Below, piece by piece: positions 37,341 through 48,374 of a stretch of DNA of 64,000 nt. A program made the translations under genes and the position numbers. The stretch is taken from NCBI GenBank assembly GCA_965153455.1, contig OZ234494.1, forward strand, positions 4,526,001 through 4,590,000. The letters are read 5' to 3'. Numbering within the stretch: the first letter of the stretch is position 1; each line of letters opens with the position of its first letter. The notes below the pieces were generated by a model. The model made no database searches. It saw only the letters and a list, made by a program, of their open reading frames with translations, and was not told where the DNA came from. This DNA comes from Sphagnum compactum (lineage: Eukaryota).

Positions 37341-39627
37341 ATGCAAAATAAAAAAGAAGAAGGGAAAAAAGCTTACCTTGAAGCTCTGGCGCTCCCGCTT
37401 CAGGAAAAAAGCTCCAGCTCCGGCGCTCCCGCTCTGGCTGTGGTGCTCCCGGTCTGGCTTCGTCGCGTCCGATTTACCTATGGTGCTCCCGCGATGGTGC
37501 TCCCGTTCTCGGGAGAGGGGAGGTAGGAGGGGGTAGGTAGGTAGGAGGGGGGAGGTAGGAGGGGGTAGGTAGGAGGTAGGAGGGGGGAGGAAGGTAGGTA
37601 GGGGAGAAATGTTTTGGGGCAGAGTAGAGGTAGGAGAAAAAAAAATATTTGGGCAGTCCGGATGTGGTTTTGGTTCATCCCCAAAACGGGTTGAACGGGC
37701 TCATCCTCAACTGGTGCATTGGTGGCTGCTAATTCACTCAAGCCGTGAGCTCTCGCTTTGTAACTGGATACACTCACTTTGCATCCAAAGACAAGCAACA
37801 AGTTGTCATTTGGACAAGTTCATATTCACCTCGATTTTGGTGCTTTTTTGGAAGGGTGGGTTTGTGCTTAACCAACGTGCCTTTATCTTCCCCGCTTTGC
37901 AGGCTCATGTCACCACTGTGATCGCATTCATAGATCCCATATAACCAAACTATTCATTCCATAGGCTTTAAACCCAAAATTTGACTTTGTTTGCCTTGCA
38001 ATCACATTCACACCAAGCGAGTATCCAAAGAATTTGAAATCTTGTAAGCCCCTTATTATTATTTTTGCAAAGGGAAAAATTAGTTCCAATGGCGAGAATT
38101 TCGAGGAACTACTATAGGGGTGGTTTTTCATAATATTCACAAGCTTCTTATTGGTTTTGCATAATCCTTCATGCAGTCATCCCTAGACAATTCCAGAGAC
38201 ATTTTCAAATATAACTACCTCACTTCATTCCTAATAACTACCTCTTATTCTTATAGCTATCTCACTCATTTTTTTAATAACTCTTTTATCCTCATAAATA
38301 TTTCACCCCTTTTTGTACCCACCAACATAGATGTGAAAAGGCAAATGAACATGGGCCTTTTCATGTCCATGATATTTATATTAATTGAGATTCTATTTGA
38401 CAAATTGACATAAATAATGATGAATTATTGATAATCATATGGGAGTATAATAAAAAGAAAAATCGTCACTAGTAGTGCGTAGCAACACGAAGCTTAGGTT
38501 AATTTATATATTTCATTATTTAATGACATTGCGTCTAAAGCACATAATCCAAATGGAAAATATTTGCATGTCAACTATATTCATCACAAATTTAACGTGT
38601 GATGAATTAATAATTAATAATTAATCATCTAAAATTCATTTATTTATAAACTTGTACATTTTGCATAGGAATATTATGCATTGAAAACACATATGACACA
38701 CAGATACATGTGTTGTTGAATGATTAATGAATCTATAATTGAACGAATGTTACATGAATTTCACTTTTTTTTATAAATTTGTGTGGCTAAATAATAATTT
38801 CACAATTTTTATTTTTCTATTATTAAATATTAATAGGATGTAAGGAAAATAAAAAATAACATTTGATGTACCTTGTCAAAACTACATGCAAATAAGTTGC
38901 AACAAGGAAACCTATCATAAAAATTGTAGAGCATTTAATGTTTTTGCTTAAATGATCCAAGATTACATAGTTTTTCACTAATGTGTATTCATTTTCAAAC
39001 TTTTTAGTTGTAAAAATAGGTTTCAAGTAGGTTTTTTAATTCAATTAACTTTTGATATCAACTTCAATTGAATTTAATGTGCCATGAATATATAAATATA
39101 TATTGTGATGACTTTTTGGAATATATGATGATCTTAATATTTTAACTTAGTACATATTAATGACCCAAGTGTGAACTAATTACCCAACCAATTTTTCCTA
39201 CAAAATCTATTTTTGGTAATTTAATTGAATTTCCAATGACCAAAACTATTCAAAATTCAATATTAAGACTACGTAGGTCTTAGGTCTAAAATTTGCCAAA
39301 TTGCTTTCATTAAACCCTACTCACTAAACTTTCAAATAATACCAAGAAGGCACCCAAATTCACTTATAATTTTTTGTTTTGGTTTAAATAAATTTTCCAT
39401 GGAATTTTTTTCAATATCCAATAAATTTTCCATTGAAGCTTAAAACATTATGAAACCAATTGGTGCACCCCTACCCATTGAAAGCTTTCCAAAGGCACCA
39501 AAAGCATGGCAAAATATTTACCACATATGCAAAATGGTCATCATAAAATTAATAGAACATGTCGCTAACAAGATCACACGATCACAACAGCACAACATTT
39601 TATGTTTTGATGTTTCCCCCATTATAC

Positions 39628-39810
39628 TTTTCATGCTTTTAATTGCATGTGTCAAGATTGATCATCTTCATGACCTTGTCAACTCTCAAAAAGAATGCAT
39701 TAAAACTATTGATTTGTATTTTTCATGCTTTTAATTGCATGTGTCAAGATTGATCATCTTCATGACCTTGTCAAATGTCAACAAGAAAGCATTAAAACCA
39801 TTGATTTACA
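39628..39810 (+). repeat. ~92-bp tandem duplication
   Basis: TTTTCATGCTTTTAATTGCATGTGTCAAGATTGATCATCTTCATGACCTTGTCAA occurs at ~39628 and ~39720. Confidence 0.9.
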
Positions 39811-40254
39811 CCACATTTTTAAATGTAAAAAAAAACTAAAAATAAATGTTTCATGTGATATCACACTACACAAAAAGATTCAATTTATGGAGTTGTACAT
39901 AATTGATAGATGGATCACCCAAGCTCATTAATAATATATATCTATTCAAGAAGGTTGTTTGTTTATTGTTTGTTATGTTGAAATTTCCCAAACCATAGTG
40001 ACCCCCATTGTGCTAAATTGGAACCATTGGAATGCTCTCAATGAATAGGGGTGCACTAAAGTGGTTTTGTAATGTCTAGGCTACAATGCAAGAATAATTG
40101 AATATTGAGAACTTTTTTCAAAAAATCCAACTTGAAAAAATGTTTTTAAAAAAAAATGGGGCAAAAATTTAACAAGTTTATTGAAAACCCTTTAACAAGT
40201 AGGATTTTTGGAGGTGACGTTATAAATTTTAAACTAAAGTGGTGGAGATAAATA

Positions 40255-41205
40255 AGCACCAATAGAATAACCACCAATAGCCATTAATAAAATAACCACT
40301 ACTAGTCACCAATAAAATAGCCATCAATAGGCACCAATAAAATAACCACCAATGGCTTAAAATAAAATAACCACCAATAATTTATGGTAATTTAAACATT
40401 AACAGCATTAATAGCATAGCCACCAATAGCCACTAATACAATAGCCATTAAAAACCACCAATATCCACCAATAGACACCCACCAATAGCCATTAATAGAA
40501 TAGCCACCAATCGCAACTAATATAATAGCCATTGATAACCACCAATATCCACCAATATCCACCAATATCCATTAATAAAATAGCCACCAATATCCATTAA
40601 TAACCTATGACAATTTAGCCTAAAATAACCACCAATAACCACTAATAGTCATTAATAAAATAGCCATTAATAACAACATTAATAACCACTAATAGAATAG
40701 CAACAATAGCTATTAATAGCCACCAATAGCCATATATTAAAAAATTTAAAAATTTCCAAAAATAATCTAAGTTGAATTAATCTACAATAGACAAAAGTGA
40801 TTTAAAGTGAAATAGCTTACAATAGCCTAGAATTGTCAATAATAACATAAGGTGAAATAACCTTCAATACTCAAAAGTAACCAACAATAGCCTCACATAT
40901 TCAAAAATAGCGTAAGATAAAATAACTTAAAATAGCCAAAAATAACATATAATAGCTATAAGTAACTCAAAATGAAATAGTTTACAATAGCAAAAAAATA
41001 ACTTACAATAACCAAAAATAACTTAAGGTGAAATAAACTAAAATAACCAAAAATAACTTAAAATAATCAAAAGTAGCATAAGGTGAAATAACAAAAAAAT
41101 AACCGAAAATAATTGAAAATAGTCATAAATAACCATAAATAATGTAACGTGAAATAATTTAGATTAATCAAAAGTAACTCTATAATAATTGAAAATAGCC
41201 TAACA
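40255..41205 (+). repeat. Low-complexity degenerate minisatellite (CCACCAATA-rich, then AAAATAAC-rich)
   Basis: Dozens of (A/G)CCACCAATA variants at 40255-40735, followed by AAAATAAC/AAAATAGC variants. Confidence 0.85.
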
Positions 41206-44200
41206 TAGGTAGTATTAATATATTAACAAAAAAATATCCATTTATTAAACATTTTCTTTTTCAAAAGAATGATCATTGAAATGTTATTGAATAATGATAT
41301 TCAAAAAAAAAATTGTTCAAATGATTTTACGCTTTCAAAATGAAATGAATGTGATTATGTACATTATTGAAATTTTTTTTTAAAAATTCGAACCATTTCA
41401 TTTAAACAAAATCTCAATAAGATATGAATTTTCAAATATTATGTTTTTGTAATGTTTAAAATGAAATATTTGATAAATAGAATGCAATGTAACATATCAT
41501 CACAACAAGTAGGGTGGTTTGATGGTAGGGGTATTTGCCTCCATTTTAAAGGTCAAGGGATCAAACTTCACAAATGGTGTGTGCATGGTCAATAATGGTA
41601 AGTTGATCGAATATTTTCTTATCTAGTATTTTATGGTATGTGCTTAAGTTGATTACATGGTTTACATATTTAGGTTTTTTTTAATTTAGCCTAGATAATG
41701 ACACGTGTCATTAATTCACAGGTTGAAAATCATGAAATTATCAATATATTATGTATTAAATAACTTTAATTTAATTGATTTCCATGATGCCTAGTTGATT
41801 AAGTAGCAAGTGAATGGCTTGGTAAATTTGTATTTCACTTGAGAATAACTTTGTTTTACTAAATACTAATGAACCAAATTCGTTGTCCGTAACAATTAGT
41901 CCTAATTCACAAGGGAGTTGACCAATTTTACGATAATAAAAATGTTTAAATTCATTCAAAATCTAGTGAAATCCAAAATGAACTAAGATGCATTTTGCTA
42001 TAGTGAGGTGAAGGTTTGATTCCCATGGATTTCAATAAGAAATGTTCAATTTTTTATTTTATTTTTTATAGCAAAACATGTCATGGATGAATTATGCCAA
42101 AAATTGGTCATATGTATGGTAATTGCAAAACATATGGATTAAATAAAACAATAACCGTGCCCACTTGTAAATAATAATGCAACTACATATGCACCTTTTA
42201 ACTTGTAAGGAAATTATATAATCAACTAATTCGTTAATAATTTGGTCCTCATTGGCATGGTAATAATGAAATCTTATTTCATTGAATTTCATTGCTTCCA
42301 ACTAACTCACTAATGGTCCAATTATTAACTTAATATTATAATTCTCACAAAGCATTTCTAATTCAACAAGAATTTCAAAATAGTTAGACATACATTTGTT
42401 CTTACCTAACCATGTGTAAATTAAACAACATATGGTACAATTACACAAGTTTGTATATTAGGGTAGCCCAATTTAACTTCAATCACACTAAAGGAGTCAT
42501 AGTGAGTGTAACCAACATTTTTTTTTGTTTTTAAGTTTTAGTGTCAAAATCGTATTTATGTTGCAAATATTTAATGTGTTTACATGACAATGTTCTCAAT
42601 ATATCATGAAAACATATGAAATAATCCACAATGAATTGAATGAATACAGAATATTCAAAAGCACTCATAAAACATTATAATTAATATTTTCTAAGTTTTT
42701 TCATTTATATAGGACTTGAAATGTTTTCAAAATGACATAATTATGTACAATATTTATTCATGAATGTGATCATAATCAAACAAATTAAAAACTTTGTCAA
42801 ATAACTATCAAAATTGGTAACTTCTTTACATATATTTATGTGATGTCATTTTAATGTCATGTTAATCATGGGAAGTTGTGTTAAACAATTAATTTGATGT
42901 TGTGGAATTCAAATTTAAAATTCAATCCATCATTTTTTATAACTAATAACAATCTACCAAAGCCAAAACAATTATATATAACTAGTTAGTTGGTAAGATT
43001 CCTTAAGATGTTCAATTCTAAAAGAAGTGTAAACAAAAGTGAAAAGGTGGCATTTCGACCATACCAAAGGGTATATCAATGCTCTGGATGTAGCTCATTT
43101 TTGCATCCAAGAATTAGAGGAGGAAAATGAAAAAAAAGGAGAAAAAAGAGATAAAAAAAAAGAAATTACAAGCAATGTAGACCAAAGGCAAGGAAATACT
43201 AATAATCATGTATGTTTAGAAGAGATCATTCCAATCAACAAGTTTTTTAATAACAAGGAAGCAATAGGAGAAGGTACTAGAACTAAGTACAAGGACATAG
43301 CAACATGTATGGAAATAAACTAAATCAATACCAAAAATCAAAAGAACATTTATGGGATGAAATTCCAAAAATGAATTTTCCAACTTTGACAAAACAAGCT
43401 AGTGCCAAGCCTTGTTCAAGAACAAACAATGTCGATGTAATATTGGAAATGGAATACCTTTATTTTATACTACCTAACACATAAGCATATTACTTAGTAT
43501 ATAGATTTTAGGTTTGTTTTCAAGTTGATGTAGCTCCACCCATGATTGGAACACACGTCTCTGAGAAGTAATTTTTGGTTATGTGGAAAATTGATGACTT
43601 GGGGTGGGGAAAATTCTTCGCTTATAATATCATTTGTTGTTTTATTCAATACTATGAGTCAGATGGCTATGGCATATTAGAATTCACAATGAGATGTTTA
43701 GGTGTTTATGCATTGCATTATTACTGTAGACTAGAAGTCAAATACGTCGATTTAGTTGTAAAAAACTTAGTTGTTATGTGGGGACATTACAATAGCTAAA
43801 AGATAATGTTATGAAAAGAATTAAGGTAGAACAATAACTAATAAACTCCTATAATCATTATAGATAAGTCAATTTTATTTAAGTACATCATAATAGAAAG
43901 TTGATTTGTAGATATAAGGTAGAAAGGCATAGCAATACTCAAACAAACATAACACCAATCAATTATGGAAAACAATAATCAGTTATGCAAAACGATAATG
44001 CAAAGTGATAAGTACTGGATGTCGAAATGATAAAAAAGAATCAATTGTACCAAACAATCTATTAGGCAATTACAACCAACATTGTATTATTTAAGACCAA
44101 TTCTAAGAAATAAAAGGTTTTTTTTATCATTGTATATGTTCTACTTGTCCATTGTGTGTGTGCTTGATGCTTTTGGTAGAAGTGTGTGCAAGGGATGTAA

Positions 44201-47200
44201 AGTCTACATCCTTGAAGAACATATATACAAGGAAATATGAAGCAAGAATTGGCCAAAATTTTTGGAAAAAGTAGGAAAATATACTAACGTAAAATGTACG
44301 AAAAAAAGGAAAAAGGCAATGGGTAATGATATTTATTGTTGGCAGCAAGTCTATTCTATTTTACAATTAGATATTTATTGAAGATGTTGTTATAATTAAT
44401 ATGGCTTCATGGTATTCAAGTTGATAATGTAAAACAAGAACCCAACAACAATATAATTAATAAAATTTAGGTAATTATATTGATTTCTAGAATTATATTA
44501 CTAATAGTGATTGAAAACACAAAAGTTAGTTTTGGTTTGTTAAATTTGTGTTTTTTGTCCATGAGTAAAAACTGCATTGTTGTAAAATTTTGCCCACTTC
44601 TTATATTGAATTTCAAATCATGTTTTATGTACATTATTTCATTGAATGCAACAATTTCAAAAGAATGCACATTGACATTTATAAGCTAGAGTGTCCATAA
44701 ATGGATGTCACCAATATGTAATTTTTTTGCACCCTTGTGGATTATTATGTATCCTAAATCATAATTTTGAATTTTGAATTTTATGAAAAAGATTCTTGTA
44801 CATGATTCTTATGTAATATATAATTATGTACAATTATGAAATTATTTTAAAAGTAATGTTTTACATGAAATGAAGGACCTTTTTAATCTACATGAATTTT
44901 CAAATGTCAATGTACATTAAAAAAACTTGTACATTGATTTATCATAATAGTTTGTAATAAAATCTTAACAACATCTTCTCCCAAAACTTGACAAATTTGT
45001 TGTTGGAAATTTGAGTAAAATGGTTTCCAAACCATTTCACCATTATTTGAATTCTTTTTAACGCCTTATGTACAAGCACTAAATTTGAAAAAAAAACTTA
45101 CAACATAATATTTGTGAAATTCTTATAAACTTTGTGACAGAATTGTATCATGGAATTTAATTAAAGGTTACAATTCATTTTTTAAAATGAAATATGATTT
45201 TTTGGCCCTAAGCTTAAAACATCTAAAAAAATTACATTAATACACTACAATAAAATTGTATGAGGGATTCCCAAATTGTCAAAAGTGAATCACTTTAACT
45301 TGCAAATACAATCTACTGGTTCAAAGTTATTATTGAAAGAAAATTGCAATGCATTGATTTTATGCAATGCATAAAATTTCCATGGCATCCTAAATGGACT
45401 TTGCATGTCCACATTTTTTTTTTGAGTGAAAGTCTTGCATCCCTTTGGGTGAAGGCTATTCATCCATGGACAAATGGCATCCATCCAACATATCGACATT
45501 CATCCATGATGGATAGATGTTAATCATATCCATGGACAAAGGCAATCATTCTGATAATATGGAGTTCAACTTGTCATAGATCCAAATGCACATCTTTTTA
45601 TATTTAATACATCCATATGATCCAACATTTGATGAATATTATATATTTTGGGTTTGATGGATTTCATCCATTGTAGGGACAAGTCAATGCATGGTACTAC
45701 CACATTGTACCACATTGTAACCTATTCATTTGGGGTGCAGTCTATGAAAGTGTACTCTTTGAAGAGAACATCTTAATTTTGATAGACATGATGTTTCCAA
45801 ATACATGTTCTTGCGTATAAACATAAACATAACACAAATAAAATAAAATATCTTAAAGTAGGGACCAACTACCAATTTATTCAAATCTAATAAGTCTATA
45901 AGCCTATACCATGAAAATAGTCCCATGCATTCAATGCGAGTAAGTTATAAACCTTGTTTTTCAACTATATGAATTATTGGTTACCAACATCATTAATAGC
46001 ATCTAAAACCAACATTTGAAAAAATTGAAACTAGGATGAGAATTGTGAAATACAATAGTTACTCTACATTGCATGTCTTAGCCTTAAGGTATCCACTAGG
46101 GCACTTGGGTAGATTGTATTCCAACCTATGATACAACCTTTGTACATTTCAACCTTGGGTAATGGGTTGTATGGGGCAATTTCTACCATGTAAGCCTCCT
46201 TTGACAAGGCAAGGGAGGGCATACATATTTGCCCCAACTAGCCTATTATCGAGTTTATAAAGGTTTATACCTACTAATTAATTAACAAGGTTTCAAGTTG
46301 TCTTCAATGGCAAAATTGGTTGGAAAATATATATGGTTACAATGTATGAATGGTTATGGAGTTGTATTTATTCCCAAACTTCTAAATCAGGCCCTTGTAT
46401 AAAATTTCAAGGTTGTTCTAATAGTCATTCAGCATGAACAATTGACTAAACATGATGAAAATAACTTCAAATTATGATATGAGTCCATAGTTTAAGACTT
46501 CGAATTGGATGACAACATTATGAATTATTAACTTGTAGTAATTTTTGAGTAGAAGTTTTAAGGATGAAAAGAAAATTAGTGTAGTAATAGGAAATAGGAC
46601 TTGTAGAATTAAAAGCATTATCAAATTAATTAGTTTTTAGAGAAAATAAAGATAATATATTGTTCAAGAGGTATCATTAGAAATTTAACTAGGAAAAAAA
46701 TTAGGAAAAAGTGAGAGAAGATGATGATAATGAGTGTGTTATAGAGACAAGTACTTAGGAAAGAAACATAGGACAAAGAAGGCAACTCTGATAATAATGA
46801 TGTAATATCATTCTATTGAATCACATGTGATTTTCTTTTGCAATTCACTATGTTTTCTATGTGTTGGCTTGTGCATATGTTCAATGTGTGTGCGTGTGTA
46901 TTTTACGAAAGTTTCTTGTGTGTGCAAAAAATTGAGGCAAACAAATCCTTGGGGTGATACCATCAGAAATGTCAAATCTTTATTTTATTAAACCCATCAA
47001 TCAAGTTTTAAAAATATTGGAAAACACTTAAATAACTTTGATTATCAATATGAAAGCATTGCAAGAGCAAATCTTTTACAAAGAGTATGATTAGAAAGAA
47101 ATTTCTCATATTAAAGCTCAATACAAGAAAAAAAAAGAAACATGCACATAAATATTGTTGTTTTTCAATATGGTACAATATTCCAATGTCTTTTTTTTTT

Positions 47201-48160
47201 AATGTGAAAACACCTCCTTGCACAAAAGATAGTTTCATCAATGGAAATGACTTTCTCCCATTTGCATGCAAAACTTTCATCATTCAAATAAAATGCCTTG
47301 AATTATATGATAGTGAAGGCTTTTTTGTGTAGACCTAAACTTAGGCTACCACCTTCTAAACTATGACCTTCAAAATAGGGGAAACCATAAAAAACATGAC
47401 ATTAATGACATGGTCAGGAATGTCATTAATCATCCCCAAGTTGAAATTTTGATATTTCAAATATTTTAACATTCAAATTTTCTAAGTAAAAAATTCACCA
47501 AACCTTTTGAAAATTCTTTAAAATTGGACATGATTCAAAAGCACGGGTAGTAACTTGAGCAATTTTGATTAATCCCCAAAGTTTCTAGGTTCTCTTTTTC
47601 AATTGATTAAGGTTTCAAGAGATTTAATTGAATTGTCCTTTCTTTTGAGAGGATTGCATTTAATTCATAACCCACTTTCCTCTTCCATTTTGGTTTTGCA
47701 TTTGACAATTTCAGGGTTTCAAATAGCATTCAATCTTTTTATTTGGCCAAACCTTCTGAAATTTATTTTAACACCAAACATCAATCACAGGTAAAGTAAG
47801 CAGCTATTTATCTAAAGCAATTTTGATTAGCATAGGTGAATAGCAAGTTCGTCAGGTTTCCACCAAATAATTATTTATTTTTAAACGTTCTATTTCGCCA
47901 ATAAAATACTCTCAAATATTCCAAAAGATGCTTCATTTTCCTTCACTAAACAATTTTTCTTGAGAAAAATTATTTTTTGAAATTTTCAGCCCGTCTAAAA
48001 AATAATATAATTTTTTTCGAACCTGCTATTCAACTCTGGTTAGTCCCCAATGTTTTTAGGTTTCTTTTTCTCTCTCTCTCTCTCTGAACAGATTCGTCGT
48101 TCGAAAGATATCATCAATCTACAATCGACTGTTTTCATCCATTTCTTATTTCTCAATTCA

Positions 48161-48242
48161 TAACCCTAATGCAATTGTCGTCCTTCATTTTCCCCATTTC
48201 CCCTCTTTTTTTTTGGTTTTGCGATTGACCATTTTAGGGTTT
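48161..48242. promoter_or_regulatory. Telo-box-like motifs upstream of the succinyl-CoA ligase start
   Basis: AACCCTAA at 48162-48169 and TTAGGGTTT at 48234-48242, next to a CT tract at ~48070-48085. Telo-boxes are known near TSSs of plant housekeeping genes, but the motif is common in this genome. Confidence 0.3.
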
Positions 48243-48374
48243 GCTTCTGCTGTCATCGAAGTCGAAGAAAGAACGCTTGAGTTTCTCACCGAAATCGAAA
48301 AGCGCTGCTGCGATTCCATCGCTGATTGGTCGTCAAGGAAGCGCAAGACGCACTGTCACAGCAGACTACAGGCG

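Larger units (their letters stand above)
29339..37752. mobile_element. Candidate composite DNA-transposon-like element bounded by a ~45-bp inverted repeat
   Basis: The left end GAGCTC-CGGCCAGAGTGAATTAACAGCCACCAATGCACCAGTTG (29339-29382) matches the reverse complement of the right end (37708-37752), GAGCTCACGGCTTGAGTGAATTAGCAGCCACCAATGCACCAGTTG; the 32-bp core has 1 mismatch. Both ends continue inward into a T-tract and a CTACC-rich tract. No target-site duplication was found. Confidence 0.6.
38469..41760 (-). mobile_element. Possible non-autonomous Helitron-like element
   Basis: On the minus strand there is a weak hairpin (CGT-GTTGCT-ACG) followed by CTAG|T at 38472-38468. A putative 5' end reads A|TTTAATACATAATATA at ~41761, where the canonical TC would have mutated to TT. 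The interior is low-complexity. Weak evidence. Confidence 0.25.

Noticed and set aside
36550-37536. Cluster of long overlapping ORFs (up to 227 aa) on both strands
   Set aside because: They are translations of the stop-poor GAGCTC satellite; the products are repetitive in all frames and have no domain.
38467-38477. CACTAGTAGTG as a CACTA transposon terminus
   Set aside because: No matching partner terminus or 3-bp TSD found.
41510-41582. tRNA-like sequence (A-box-like TGGTTTGATGG, B-box-like GGATCAAAC); similar B-box-like GGTTCAATTCC at ~55578
   Set aside because: No convincing cloverleaf; at most a decayed tRNA-derived repeat.
45700-46560. Possible LINE reverse-transcriptase relic
   Set aside because: Too decayed; no RT motif could be read.
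48213-48374. N-terminal extension of the succinyl-CoA ligase ORF shown in the ORF track
   Set aside because: It starts at TTG; the first ATG at 48375 gives a typical mitochondrial presequence.
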